Notes: generated by a model not told the origin, from the sequence alone. 64,000 nucleotides of DNA from Deferribacterales bacterium (GCA_050251945.1 JBFWLW010000003.1:224001-288000), one strand, 5' to 3'; numbered from the stretch's first letter, positions 1 to 10,510 are shown. Made by a program: numbers and translations.

Positions 1-280
1 CGGTTATCGGAAATCCGCCGCCGGATGTAACATTCTGCGGAACGTATCCGATCCTTTTCACTGTTCCGGGCTTCTGCCCAAGAACTTTTATATCGCCGGA
101 CTGCGGTTTGAGTATCCCCAGAAGTATTTTCAGAAGCGTGCTTTTCCCGCCGCCGTTGGGACCTATCACAGCAAGGAATTCGCCTTTCTTTATGTCGAAT
201 GTGATATCGCGCAGAACTTCATTGGAACCGTAGGAAAAATTCAGATTTTTAACGCTGACAGCGTTCTCGGTTTCCGACAT
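1..280 (-). CDS. Metal (Zn/Mn-type) ABC transporter ATP-binding protein, 3' end outside window
   Basis: Manual translation from ATG 280: MSETENAVSVKNLNFSYG...GPNGGGKST (Walker A)...RIGYVPQ...FPIT, typical of ZnuC-like ATPases. Confidence 0.85.
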   Translation of the reverse strand, partial: MSETENAVSVKNLNFSYGSNEVLRDITFDIKKGEFLAVIGPNGGGKSTLLKILLGILKPQSGDIKVLGQKPGTVKRIGYVPQNVTSGGGFPIT

Positions 281-296
281 TGTGCCGCCTGAATGA

Positions 297-321
297 AAAG
301 AGGGCATCAAAGATGCCCCCT
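297..321 (-). terminator. Intrinsic terminator after fabI
   Basis: GGGCATC-aaa-GATGCCC stem (302-318) followed by a T-tract on the minus strand. Confidence 0.6.
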
Positions 322-345
322 TAAAATCTTATATTAAAGCTAAAT

Positions 346-1113
346 TTAAAGACCCATTATGTTATAGCCGTTGTCGACGTATATGACCTCACCCGTTACA
401 GCGGATGAAAGGTTGCTGGCAAGATAAACGGCTGTTCTGCCCACGTCCTCCTGTGTACAGTTGTCATGCAGGGGTGCGTGTTCCGCTATGTGGTTGAATA
501 TCTTTTTGAAATCGGATATTCCGGCAGCAGCGAGGGTTTTTATAGGTCCCGCAGAGATAGCGTTAACGCGTATCTTGTTGATGCCGAGGTCTGCCGCAAG
601 ATAGCGTGTTGACGCTTCAAGCGCCGCCTTGGCAACACCCATAACGTTATAGTTCTGAATGACTCTTTCCGCACCGAGGTACGACATACAGATAATGCTT
701 CCGCCCTCGTTCATAAGGGGTTCCGCATATTTTGCAATTGCGGGCAGTGAATAAACGCTGATGTCCATTGCCATTGCAAAGTCGGCTCTTTTTGTGTCAA
801 CGTAGCGGTCTTTCAGAGCGTCGCCGGGTGCATACGCAACCGAGTGAACGAGTATATCAAACTTGCCCCATTTTTCCTTAACAATGTTGAAGCAAGTTTC
901 TATCTCTTCATCCTTCGTAACATCGCAGGGTACAAGAAACTTCCCTCCGAGTTCTTCGGAAACTTTTGCCACTCTGCTTTCCAGTTTTTCTCCGGCGTAG
1001 CTGAAAGCTACTTCCGCGCCCTGTTCAATGAAATTTCTGGCGATGGCATAAGCGATGCTTTTGTTATTCGCTACACCGAAGACCAATGCCTTTTTACCGT
1101 CGAGAAGTCCCAT
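346..1113 (-). CDS. fabI: Enoyl-ACP reductase FabI
   Basis: GVANNKSIAY, YNVMGVAKAALE and NAISAGPIKTLAA motifs. Confidence 0.95.
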   Translation of the reverse strand: MGLLDGKKALVFGVANNKSIAYAIARNFIEQGAEVAFSYAGEKLESRVAKVSEELGGKFLVPCDVTKDEEIETCFNIVKEKWGKFDILVHSVAYAPGDALKDRYVDTKRADFAMAMDISVYSLPAIAKYAEPLMNEGGSIICMSYLGAERVIQNYNVMGVAKAALEASTRYLAADLGINKIRVNAISAGPIKTLAAAGISDFKKIFNHIAEHAPLHDNCTQEDVGRTAVYLASNLSSAVTGEVIYVDNGYNIMGL

Positions 1114-1135
1114 ACAATCTCCTTGTTAAAACATT

Positions 1136-1261
1136 CTTAAAAACAGCGTCCTGCTGTTTTTAAGCTAACGCCGCCACATGCAGAGCCTGTTCCGGCTCAC
1201 ACTTTGCAGACCGTCCGCGGAAAAACCGCAGCACCCTGCACCGTGAGCCACATCCTGTATC
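1136..1261. repeat. Palindromic intergenic element (TCC-loop type)
   Basis: 12-bp perfect stem CTTAAAAACAGC-gtcct-GCTGTTTTTAAG (1136-1164), nested GGCTCAC/GTGAGCC arms and a distal CACATCCTGT. Confidence 0.5.
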
Positions 1262-1262
1262 A

Positions 1263-2600
1263 TCAAAACATATCAAGAAAGCCTGATATGTCCCTAGTTA
1301 AAACGATTTCTATTTTTTTGTCAAACTCGACTTTTTCAGGGAGATAAAATTTCCTCACTCCCATTTTATAACACTCGGCGATACGGCTCTTCATATTGGA
1401 TACCGGACGCACTGTTCCGGTAAGCCCGACCTCGCCTATGAATGTGGTTTCAGGCGATATCGCCTGCTCCCTGTATGAAGAAACTATCGCGGCGCACAAT
1501 GCAAGGTCTGCGCTGGTCTCAGTTATTTTCATACCGCCGGCGACATTTATATATACGTCACTCCCGGCAAGATTAAGTCCGCCTTTCTTGTCCAGCACCG
1601 CCAGCAGCATGTTCATACGGTTAACGTCTATCCCCATGGCATTACGCTTGGGAAACTGATAAAAAGTCGGCGCAACAAGCGCCTGTACCTCAACCAGAAA
1701 AGCCCTTGTACCCTCTATCACGGGAACGTTCACCCTGCCGGAAACACTTCTGTCCGCATCGTCCGCAAAACTGTAATTTTTAAGCTCTATCAGCCCCTTG
1801 TCGCTCATTTCAAATATGCCGACTTCATCCGTGGGACCGAAACGGTTCTTCACCGAGCGCAGGATGCGAAGCCCGCGGCTGTAGTCCCCTTCAAAGTAAA
1901 GCACTGTGTCAACAAGGTGTTCCAGAAGCTTCGGACCGGCGATATAGCCGTCCTTTGTAACCTGACCAACGATAAGAACCGTTATGGCACGGCTCTTCGC
2001 CACTTCCACAAGTCTATACGTAACGTGCCGCACCTGACCCACAGTTCCAGCCGCCGAATTAAGCTCGGCGGATGCCACCGTCTGGATGGAGTCCAGTACA
2101 ACATAATCAAATTTTTCTGAATCCAGTGCCGAAAGCACGTCCTCAAGGCTGTTGGTCGGCAGTATGCTTATATCCGCAGCGCCGATGCCCAGTCTTTCCG
2201 CCCTCAGCTTTATCTGCGCCGCTGATTCCTCTCCGGAAACATACAGCACTTTTCTGCTTTCAACAGACAGGATACCCGCTGTTTGAAGCATTATTGTCGA
2301 TTTTCCTATGCCCGGCTCGCCGCCCACAAGTATAACGGAACCTTTTACAAGTCCTCCGCCCAATACCTGATCAAGCTCGCCGATACCGGTTTTTGTGCGC
2401 TCTGTCTCAAGTCCGCGCACGTCTCTGAGATTGACCGCGGAAACATAAGGTTCATGGTTTTTTTTGCCCGCCGGGGATGACGGTTCTTCAATCTCTTCAA
2501 CGAAGCTGCTCCAGCTTGAACATTCGGGGCATTTGCCTATCCAGCCCGGCGAAACGTATCCGCAGCTCTGGCAGACAAAGCGGCTCTTCTTTTTTGCCAT
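1263..2600 (-). CDS. radA: DNA repair protein RadA/Sms
   Basis: N-terminal C4 zinc finger, GEPGIGKST, KNRFG motif, Lon-like C-terminus. Confidence 0.96.
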   Translation of the reverse strand: MAKKKSRFVCQSCGYVSPGWIGKCPECSSWSSFVEEIEEPSSPAGKKNHEPYVSAVNLRDVRGLETERTKTGIGELDQVLGGGLVKGSVILVGGEPGIGKSTIMLQTAGILSVESRKVLYVSGEESAAQIKLRAERLGIGAADISILPTNSLEDVLSALDSEKFDYVVLDSIQTVASAELNSAAGTVGQVRHVTYRLVEVAKSRAITVLIVGQVTKDGYIAGPKLLEHLVDTVLYFEGDYSRGLRILRSVKNRFGPTDEVGIFEMSDKGLIELKNYSFADDADRSVSGRVNVPVIEGTRAFLVEVQALVAPTFYQFPKRNAMGIDVNRMNMLLAVLDKKGGLNLAGSDVYINVAGGMKITETSADLALCAAIVSSYREQAISPETTFIGEVGLTGTVRPVSNMKSRIAECYKMGVRKFYLPEKVEFDKKIEIVLTRDISGFLDMF

Positions 2601-3629
2601 CTATCCGTTCTCGTCCAGAAAATCAGCTACCGACACCCGGTTGGGAGCAGTGAGCCTCAGATGCTCATAAGCCATGGCTGTCGCCATGCGACCTCTGGGT
2701 GTTTTTTTGATGAATCCTCTGTATATCAGATAAGGTTCGATAACGTCCTCGATAGTGTCCCGTTCCTCACTCAGAGTTGCGGCGAGAGTATCCACGCCGA
2801 CGGGACCGCCCTCGTATTTCTCAATTATTGAAAGCAGAAGCGAACGGTCGGAATTATCCAGTCCTTCACGGTCTATCTCAAGCCTTGAAAGCCCCTCGCG
2901 GGCAATTTCAATAGACACGAACCCGTTGTTAAGCACGTCCGCAAAGTCTCTGATACGTCTCAGTATCCTATGGGCTATACGGGGAGTGCCGCGGCTTCTG
3001 GAAGCTATCTCTTTCGCGGCGGCATCCTCTATTTTTGTTTCAAGTATGCCGGCTCCGCGCAGTATTATACTGGTGAGTTCATCTATACCGTAGAATTCGA
3101 GTTTAAGAATCATCCCGAACCTGTCACGAAGAGGGGAGGTGAGAAGTCCTGCGCGGGTTGTCGCACCCACAAGGGTGAAAGGCGGCAGGTCTATCTTTAC
3201 TGTTCTTGCCGCAGGTCCCTGACCTATCAGGATATCGAGTTTATAGTCCTCCATCGCCGGATACAAAATCTCCTCAACATTTGAGTGAAGCCTGTGTATC
3301 TCGTCGATGAACAGTACGTCACCTTCCTGAAGGTTGGTGAGCAGAGCCGCAAGGTCTCCCGCACGCTCTATGACGGGACCGCTGGTGGCGTTTATATTTA
3401 CACCCATTTCGTGGGCTATGATATTTGCGAGGGTAGTCTTCCCGAGTCCGGGAGGACCGTGAAAAAGGCAGTGGTCAAGACTCTGTCCGCGCTGTTTTGC
3501 CGCCTGAACAAAGACCTTCAGATTCTCCTTAACCTTTGACTGACCGACATAATCGTCAAACCCTCCGGGTCTGATGTTCTGCGTCTGAAAGTCTTCCGGC
3601 TGCTTCTCTTTGGAAAAGATGTCTTCCAT
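2601..3629 (-). CDS. ruvB: Holliday junction branch migration helicase RuvB (start moved to MEDIF)
   Basis: [35 protein letters not shown] and TPRGR motifs. Confidence 0.96.
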   Translation of the reverse strand: MEDIFSKEKQPEDFQTQNIRPGGFDDYVGQSKVKENLKVFVQAAKQRGQSLDHCLFHGPPGLGKTTLANIIAHEMGVNINATSGPVIERAGDLAALLTNLQEGDVLFIDEIHRLHSNVEEILYPAMEDYKLDILIGQGPAARTVKIDLPPFTLVGATTRAGLLTSPLRDRFGMILKLEFYGIDELTSIILRGAGILETKIEDAAAKEIASRSRGTPRIAHRILRRIRDFADVLNNGFVSIEIAREGLSRLEIDREGLDNSDRSLLLSIIEKYEGGPVGVDTLAATLSEERDTIEDVIEPYLIYRGFIKKTPRGRMATAMAYEHLRLTAPNRVSVADFLDENG

Positions 3630-3701
3630 CCGTCCGCCTGTGGATTGATTTAATAGATATACTACAATAGCAGTTTTGCAGATAATTGCAAGGTTTGGGA
3701 A

Positions 3702-3815
3702 TAAAATGACGGTGCGGGGGGCTGCCCGCACCGTCCCAAGAGGTGGCATTCATGTTATGCCTTTTTAACGGGTGGTTTTGAGGATTAAAAGGGTGTCACC
3801 TTTTATCTAGCAGCT
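3702..3815 (-). ncRNA. Candidate small RNA (~115 nt) upstream of ruvB
   Basis: Minus-strand TATAAT at 3822-3827, two short hairpins, CU-rich linkers, 11-bp stem GACGGTGCGGG/CCCGCACCGTC plus ATTTT; no credible ORF. Confidence 0.35.
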
Positions 3816-3921
3816 CTGAAAATTATAATAGGACTGTTTTTGTATTTTTAAAGGGGAAATTTCAATAATTGCAGATTTTTTTAGAGCATTTTTCATAAGT
3901 TATGCCGCATATCGGAATACC

Positions 3922-4282
3922 GGACTGCTTCACCCCGGACGGGGTTCGCAGAGACAAGATTTTTATTCCGTCTTCGCGAGGAATAACATGACGACGCGAT
4001 CTGCCACCTTTAGAAATCATATCTTGTTGAAGTACCTACGGTTCAGATTGCTTCGGGCTTTGCCCTCGCAAAGACGGGAAGGAGGCGCTCAAAAACTTTC
4101 TGCTTAAATGTTCGTCATTCAATTTTACGCATGTTTTCCGTCTTCGCGAGGAATAACATGACGACGCGATCTGCCATCTTCAGTGTTCATATGACGTTCG
4201 GGTACCATTGATTCAGATTGCTTCGGGCTTTGCCCTCGCAAAGACGAAAGGAAGTAGAGTATTAATACTTTCTGCTTAAATG
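3922..4282. repeat. Cluster of CGTC-type REP-like palindromes, including a ~145-bp direct repeat at ~170-bp offset
   Basis: CGTCTTCGCGAGGAATAACATGACGACGCGATCT at 3969 and 4139; AGATTGCTTCGGGCTTTGCCCTCGCAAAGACG at 4045 and 4215; related unit at 3922-3955. Confidence 0.85.
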
Positions 4283-4390
4283 CGAGCAGAACAAGGAAGG
4301 CTTTGCCGAGAGGGCTGCGAGCATACAGATTTGTATGTGAGCAGTTCCGAGGAAAAACTGACGCAGTTATGCGAAGCAGATAAGCGGAAA
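4268..4390. repeat. ERIC/RPE-like ~120-bp palindromic element
   Basis: Imperfect terminal IR (TTTCTGCTTA...TAAGCGGAAA) around a central CATACA-gatt-TGTATG hairpin (4322-4337). Confidence 0.5.
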
Positions 4391-4396
4391 TAAAGC

Positions 4397-4432
4397 AAAT
4401 CCACCCCGACCCTCCTTTACTAAAGGAGGGAG
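4397..4432. repeat. CCCTCCTTT/AAAGGAGGG palindrome module, also found in the long MITEs; may terminate ackA
   Basis: AAATCCACCCCGACCCTCCTTTACTAAAGGAGGGAG matches the internal module at ~19994-20030 (reverse complement) and ~24459-24494. Confidence 0.7.
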
Positions 4433-4447
4433 GGTGGAAAAGTAATA

Positions 4448-5698
4448 TTATTTAAGAAATGAGTAGGGGTATTCCGTATGATCCTTATAAGTACCTTCAA
4501 GTATAGCAACCACGTCTTCCACAAACACTAGTTCTTCGTTTGTGGGGATAACAAAGACCCTGACCTTCGATTCAGGAGTGGATATCTCCGTTTCACCGTG
4601 TTTTGCAAAAGTTTTAAGATTTTTCTCTTTGTCCACAATGATGCCCATCGGCTCAAGATTTTCAATAGCCATCTGGCGGATAACACCTGCATTCTCACCG
4701 ACGCCCGCAGTGAACACTATCGCGTCCACTCTGCCGAGCACGGCATAATATGCGCCTATATATTTGCGCAGTCGGTATGCCTCAACCTCAAGTGAGAGAG
4801 CACAGCGGTGCTTATAGTCGTCGTCTTCACAACCGATAACATCGCGTCTGTCGGTAAATCTGCCTGTCATGCCAAGAACGCCGGATTTTTTATTAAGCAG
4901 GTTGTCCATAGCCTTTGCGTCTATGTTCAGCTTCTGCATCATGAAAAGCGGAACGGCAGGGTCAACGTCGCCGCACCTTGTACCCATAACGGCGCCTTCC
5001 AGAGGCGTCATACCCATAGATGTGTCAACACTGATGCCGTTTTTGATAGCAGTGTGGGAAACACCGTTGCCTATGTGCATAGTTATGATGTTACACTCTT
5101 TCGCCGGTTTACGAAGGAGCGACGCCGCACGTTTTGAAACGTAAAGGTGGCTGGTTCCGTGGAAACCGTATCTGCGCACTCCGTATTTTTCGTACCATTC
5201 GTACGGAACGGGGTATGTGTATGCATAGTCCGGCATTGTCTGATGGAATGCCGTGTCGAATATCGCAACGTGAGGAACGTTGGGCATAACCTTCTGCGCG
5301 GCTCTGATACCCGCAAGGTTGGGCGGGTTGTGCAGCGGCGCAAGGTGCGCAACGTCTTCTATTGTTTTAAGCACTTCTTCATTTATAAGCACGCTTCTGG
5401 CAAAAACTTCACCTCCGTGGACAACCCTGTGTCCCACGGCGGATATCTGCTCCATACTGTCGATAACGGCAGTGCTGCCTCTGGAGAGTGTTTTAATGAT
5501 AAGACCGATTGCCGCGGAGTGGTCGTGGCACTCATATTCCTCGCGTACGGTATCCTTTCCCGGAACTTCATGCACAATGAACGAGTCACCGATACCGATC
5601 CTTTCAACCAGACCCTTTGCGACAACCTGTTTGTTGGTCCAGTCGTAAAGCTGATATTTAACCGATGAACTGCCGCAGTTAAGAGCGAGAATATCCAT
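4448..5698 (-). CDS. ackA: Acetate kinase
   Basis: LNCGSSSVKY, GHRVVHGG, FDTAFHQT, RRYGFHGTSH, FTAGVGEN and PTNEEL motifs. Confidence 0.97.
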   Translation of the reverse strand: MDILALNCGSSSVKYQLYDWTNKQVVAKGLVERIGIGDSFIVHEVPGKDTVREEYECHDHSAAIGLIIKTLSRGSTAVIDSMEQISAVGHRVVHGGEVFARSVLINEEVLKTIEDVAHLAPLHNPPNLAGIRAAQKVMPNVPHVAIFDTAFHQTMPDYAYTYPVPYEWYEKYGVRRYGFHGTSHLYVSKRAASLLRKPAKECNIITMHIGNGVSHTAIKNGISVDTSMGMTPLEGAVMGTRCGDVDPAVPLFMMQKLNIDAKAMDNLLNKKSGVLGMTGRFTDRRDVIGCEDDDYKHRCALSLEVEAYRLRKYIGAYYAVLGRVDAIVFTAGVGENAGVIRQMAIENLEPMGIIVDKEKNLKTFAKHGETEISTPESKVRVFVIPTNEELVFVEDVVAILEGTYKDHTEYPYSFLK

Positions 5699-5711
5699 CT
5701 AAATAAACCCC

Positions 5712-6701
5712 CTAGTCAGCCTGAACGGCGGTTATTGCCGCCACATTGACAATGTCCATGTATTTACATCCTCTGGAGAGGTCGTTGACCGGTTTTGCAA
5801 GCCCCTGTATAACGGGTCCGATAGCCTCTGCGCCGGCTATTCTTTCTACAAGTTTATACCCTATATTTCCTGCGTCAAGCGTCGGGAACACAAGAACATT
5901 CGCAGATCCTGCCACGTCGCTTCCGGGAGCTTTCTTCGCGCCCACCGCAGCAAGCAGCGCAGCATCCGCCTGAAGTTCGCCGTCAATCTTAAGCTCCGGA
6001 GCAATTGACCTGGCTATTTTTGTCGCCTCGATAACCTTTTCAGTTTCGGGACTTTGTGCGCTTCCTTTAGTGGAGAAGGAGAGCATCGCCACTTTTGGCT
6101 CAACCTCAAGAAAAGCTTTGCAGCTGTCCGCAGTCGCCACGGCTATCTCTGCCAGCGTCTGCGCATCAGGATTCGGAATGACCGCACAGTCGGCAAAAAG
6201 AACAGCTCCGTCCTTACCGAACTCAGTTTTGGATGTCACCATAATAAAACAGCTTGATACTGTTTTCATTCCTTTTTTTGTACCTATCACACGGATGGCG
6301 GCGCGAAGTACGTCTCCGGTGGTGTGGCAGGCGCCTGTAACAGCTCCGTGGGCAATACCTTTCTGAACCAGCATGGAACCGAAATAGTTCACATCTTTCA
6401 TGCTGACCTTGGCTTCCTCAAGGGACATGCCTTTTGCCTTTCTGCTTTCATAGTATGTGTTTACAAAATCTTCCAGATATTCGCTGGTCTCAGGGTCTAT
6501 TATTTTGCAGCGGACCTCATAGCCTTTTGATTTGAAAAGCTCTCTGACAGCGTCCTCTTTGCCGAGAACGATGACGTTTGCCAAACCGTTATCCGCTATG
6601 GCGTTTGCCGCATCTATGGTACGTTCATCCCAGCCTTCGGGCAGGACGATGGTTTTGTTCCTCGCCTTTGCTATATCCCAGAACTTCTGCATCAACGACA
6701 T
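5712..6701 (-). CDS. pta: Phosphate acetyltransferase
   Basis: [30 protein letters not shown] and NDLSRGC motifs; adjacent to ackA. Confidence 0.96.
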   Translation of the reverse strand: MSLMQKFWDIAKARNKTIVLPEGWDERTIDAANAIADNGLANVIVLGKEDAVRELFKSKGYEVRCKIIDPETSEYLEDFVNTYYESRKAKGMSLEEAKVSMKDVNYFGSMLVQKGIAHGAVTGACHTTGDVLRAAIRVIGTKKGMKTVSSCFIMVTSKTEFGKDGAVLFADCAVIPNPDAQTLAEIAVATADSCKAFLEVEPKVAMLSFSTKGSAQSPETEKVIEATKIARSIAPELKIDGELQADAALLAAVGAKKAPGSDVAGSANVLVFPTLDAGNIGYKLVERIAGAEAIGPVIQGLAKPVNDLSRGCKYMDIVNVAAITAVQAD

Positions 6702-7062
6702 AAAGACCTCCGAATAGACCAAAATGATACTACGTTTTACATTACATTATAAAAAACATCAATGCAAAATTTTGAATAGGCTATAACGCCCACACAACTG
6801 TTTTTCCTGATAGATTTTTGCATATAAGAATGTAAAATCAATAGTTAAATTCCGGAAATATTTACTGAAATTGGTTTCAACCTAAATATCTTACATATGT
6901 TCGGCGGCATGCAAAAACATAATAAGTACATTTTGACGAAAAATATAAATGCCGTTTGTCTTTTCCCTCCTCGTTCTAAACATATTCTCGGAATCAACCT
7001 TACTGCTTAAAAAAATAGCAACACACCATTGCATATCTAAAATTTTCGTTTTACACTGGGAA

Positions 7063-8448
7063 ATGGTTAAAAATTATGCACCAAATATTTTTGAACACGA
7101 AACTTTAGTGTGTGCAGATATTTCCACTGTTTTTGAATGGCACGAAAGGGAGGGGGCGCTGTTCAGACTTAGCCCGCCGTGGGAGAACATCTCCCTTATA
7201 AGGCGTGACGAAGGCATTCAAACAGGCGCTAAGTGCGACATAAGACTTAAGACAGGACCTATTCCCATGGTCTGGAAAGCTGAACATATTGGGTACGAAA
7301 AAGACTCATTCTTCAAAGACAGACAGAACAAAGGACCTTTTGCAAAGTGGGAACACTCGCATTATTTCGCGGAAGAGGACGGCATAACAACAATAAAAGA
7401 CTATGTTGAATATAAGCTTCCTCTGCATCCGCTTTCAACCGCCGCTGCCGGAAACTTTGTAAGGAACAAACTGGAAAAAATGTTCCGGTACAGAGAGAAC
7501 GTGTGTAAAAACGATATAGAATTTTATAAGGAATACAGCCCCGCACCCAAAACAATAGTGGTCTCCGGCTCATCCGGGGTTGTGGGTTCGGCGCTGATAC
7601 CCTTTTTACAGACGCAGGGACACAAAATAATCCGTCTTCTGCGCGACAGATCAAAGCTCTGTATAGGCGACGTATGCTGGAACCCGAACGCAGGAATAAT
7701 TGAAGACAAGTTTGAAAATGCGGATGCTGTCATACATCTTACAGGGGAACCAATCGGCGACGGCAAATGGACGGACGAGAAAAAACGCGAGATAATCGAC
7801 AGTCGCGTGCGCAGTACGGCTCTGCTGGCAGAAACTCTGGCAAAGATGAAAAACCCGCCGAAAACTCTTATCTGCGCATCCGCAATAGGCTATTACGGTG
7901 CGCATGGCGACGAAGTGATCACAGAGGCGGAAAAGGCAGGCAGTCACGATTTCATTGCCAAAGTATGTAAAAAATGGGAAGAAGCGGCAAAACCCGCCAT
8001 TGATAAAGGCATCCGTGTCGTTTTTCTGCGAATCGGTGTTGTGCTTACACCTGCGGGCGGTGCCTTGCAAAGGATGCTTACGCCTTTCTCCATGGGGCTT
8101 GGTCCTGTGTTTGGAAGCGGAAAACAATACCTTAGCTGGGTGGCAATGGACGACGTTCTGTATGCCGTGGGGCATCTTCTGGAACATAAAGAGATCGCCG
8201 GAGCGGTGAACCTTACATCGCCCAACGCCATGACCTCCGGAGAATTTTCCGACACACTGGCGCATTATCTCAAAAAACCCAGATTTATAAATATTCCTCC
8301 GTATGTTATTATGCAATTATACGGACAGATGGGCAGGGAAGTTCTGCTTTCGGGAGCAAACGTTTTCCCAGAAAAACTTATAAAAAGCGGATTCCGGTTC
8401 CGGTACCCCGATCTGACCGGGGCTTTCAGGCATCTTATGGGAGGTTAG
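7063..8448 (+). CDS. SRPBCC-domain/TIGR01777-family NAD-dependent epimerase-like oxidoreductase fusion (start uncertain)
   Basis: N-terminal RLSPPW...GPFAKWEHSH; then SGSSGVVG, SRVRST, ASAIGYYG, GSGKQYLSW, GFRFRYP. Confidence 0.85.
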   Translation: MVKNYAPNIFEHETLVCADISTVFEWHEREGALFRLSPPWENISLIRRDEGIQTGAKCDIRLKTGPIPMVWKAEHIGYEKDSFFKDRQNKGPFAKWEHSHYFAEEDGITTIKDYVEYKLPLHPLSTAAAGNFVRNKLEKMFRYRENVCKNDIEFYKEYSPAPKTIVVSGSSGVVGSALIPFLQTQGHKIIRLLRDRSKLCIGDVCWNPNAGIIEDKFENADAVIHLTGEPIGDGKWTDEKKREIIDSRVRSTALLAETLAKMKNPPKTLICASAIGYYGAHGDEVITEAEKAGSHDFIAKVCKKWEEAAKPAIDKGIRVVFLRIGVVLTPAGGALQRMLTPFSMGLGPVFGSGKQYLSWVAMDDVLYAVGHLLEHKEIAGAVNLTSPNAMTSGEFSDTLAHYLKKPRFINIPPYVIMQLYGQMGREVLLSGANVFPEKLIKSGFRFRYPDLTGAFRHLMGG

Positions 8449-8453
8449 GAACA

Positions 8454-9554
8454 ATGAGCGTCTCTCTTAAACTGCTTTTCCTCATAACAATGACCGCAGC
8501 GCTCAGCTTCGGGTTCATGCATCATGTTGTCGGCGGATATGACTTTGAGAGACTGCACATCTTCCTTTTCAACCTCTGCTCCGGCGGAACCATAATCCTT
8601 TATTTCACCATGCAGAAGGACAAAATGCCGAAACGGCTCATGCTGTTCTATATTCTGGCTTTCGCTTTCGCATTCTTCGCTTTTTTCAGGATGTATGTGC
8701 CGTGCATCATCATTGCGCTGGTGCTTTGTTTCATAACAGAATCGGTGCGCATAAAAAAATTCGGATTTTTTCCGCGTCAGTTCTTCACAACAAAGGACTC
8801 TGTGTCGGTAAAATTCCACAACGCAGCTCTGCTGTGTCTGTCCATAGGGCTGCTGATATCCGTTCTGGCGATACTAAACCACGAATATTATCACTGGCTG
8901 GACTTTGAAAAGCTGTCGCTGAACACCTTTTTTCTGGGATTTTCATTTCCCAGCTCACTCATAACGCTCAGCGTGCTTTTCGCAGCCATGCGCAAATACG
9001 GCACGGCTCGCATTATATTTTTCAAGACGGCACTGTTCTGGACTATCACCGTCGGCGTTATCGTCTTTTTCCTGTTCATACTTTTCGAGGCGGTCTGGCT
9101 TGAGCTTTCTATATCGCTCACCCTGTTCGTTGCAGTCTCGGCAGTTCTGCTCCTATATATTAAAACGGGATACATGGAACAGCAGAAGGCTTTTCTTACA
9201 TCGGGAATAGTGTTTCTGGTGATGACGGCAGTGTCAGGCGTTTTCTATATCCTTATATATGCGGTGGGCGAACCTTCGGAACAGATGCGCCAGCTCACTA
9301 TTCTTTACCACAGAACGCTCTCGCTTTACGGATGGAACATAAGCGGTCTCGCTGTCATATGCAGGCACAGAGATTTCCCTATAATGCTCCACTCAGGGAA
9401 AGTCATTGCGCTTCACTGGCTCATCGTCGCAGTGCTTGCGCCGATAGGTTTCTATATCCCATGGGTGGCACTGGCTGCAATCGCCGCGTATGCGCTCTTC
9501 CTTTATGAAATGTTCTTTTCAAAACCCACGGGAGCCAATCCGGCGGGAATATAA
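8454..9554 (+). CDS. Multi-pass membrane protein of unknown function
   Basis: 366-aa ORF, about 11-12 hydrophobic segments, SD upstream, 5 bp after the previous gene. Confidence 0.8.
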   Translation: MSVSLKLLFLITMTAALSFGFMHHVVGGYDFERLHIFLFNLCSGGTIILYFTMQKDKMPKRLMLFYILAFAFAFFAFFRMYVPCIIIALVLCFITESVRIKKFGFFPRQFFTTKDSVSVKFHNAALLCLSIGLLISVLAILNHEYYHWLDFEKLSLNTFFLGFSFPSSLITLSVLFAAMRKYGTARIIFFKTALFWTITVGVIVFFLFILFEAVWLELSISLTLFVAVSAVLLLYIKTGYMEQQKAFLTSGIVFLVMTAVSGVFYILIYAVGEPSEQMRQLTILYHRTLSLYGWNISGLAVICRHRDFPIMLHSGKVIALHWLIVAVLAPIGFYIPWVALAAIAAYALFLYEMFFSKPTGANPAGI

Positions 9555-9615
9555 AATTCTTGCCAATTTTTTCCGACAGTAATATTATCCTGTCTTGTCT
9601 GAAAAGGAGAAAACA

Positions 9616-10380
9616 GTGTCTATAGGAATCTTTGACTCAGGTGTGGGCGGACTTACGGTTTACAAAACAATCAGCGAATATTTTCCGAAACTGGATATGT
9701 ATTATCTGGGCGACACAGCCCGCGTTCCCTACGGAAACAAATCTCAGGAAACCGTCATAAACTACAGCCTTGAGTGTGCCGGATTCCTCGTTAAAAACTT
9801 CAAAATAGATACCATTGTCGTGGCATGCAATACGGCGTCGTCATATGCAATAGACTCAATTAAAAAACGTTTCGGCGTTAACGTGATAGGCGTGGTTGAA
9901 CCCGGCGCAAAAAGCGCAGTGGCTGTCACGCATAACAACAAAATCGGCGTTATAGGCACACGCGCCACAGTGCGCAGCGAATCTTATGTCAAAGCGCTGA
10001 AAGCTCTTAAACCGGAAGTTCAGGTATACCAGACAGCATGTCCTCTCTTTGTCCCAATTGTCGAGGAGATGCTCATAGAAACCGACGTTGCCAAACAGGT
10101 TGTCCAGATGTATCTTTCAGAGCTTGCAGGTTCAGGCATAGACACACTTATCCTCGGGTGCACCCACTATCCCCTTCTGAAAGGGCGCATACTGGAAAAA
10201 TTCCCTCATTTCAACATAGTCGATTCCTCACAGGCGGTGCTTGAATGTATAAGAGAACTCAAGATACCGACAGAACAGTCGGGAGTCCGCGAAATATACC
10301 TCACAGATGAATCACCCGCCTTTGAAACATTGAAAAATGTGCTGGCAGGCGGTCTGCAGTCAAAAAAAGTCGTACTTTAA
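9616..10380 (+). CDS. murI: Glutamate racemase (GTG start after AAGGAG)
   Basis: IFDSGVGGLTV, VPYG, ACNTAS and LGCTHYP motifs. Confidence 0.96.
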   Translation: MSIGIFDSGVGGLTVYKTISEYFPKLDMYYLGDTARVPYGNKSQETVINYSLECAGFLVKNFKIDTIVVACNTASSYAIDSIKKRFGVNVIGVVEPGAKSAVAVTHNNKIGVIGTRATVRSESYVKALKALKPEVQVYQTACPLFVPIVEEMLIETDVAKQVVQMYLSELAGSGIDTLILGCTHYPLLKGRILEKFPHFNIVDSSQAVLECIRELKIPTEQSGVREIYLTDESPAFETLKNVLAGGLQSKKVVL

Positions 10381-10510
10381 AATGTTGATAGCTTTTCGCA
10401 TTTCATACAGGATAGATTTTTCCTGTCTCTTTTGGAAAAAAATTATTGACTAATTATCTTTTTCCATTTATATATGCTTTATCGAATATATAAATTCAAA
10501 GGAGAATAAC

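Noticed and set aside
10388..10426. OxyR-like ATAG repeats upstream of the peroxiredoxin
   Set aside because: Spacing and CTAT half-sites deviate too much from consensus to support a call
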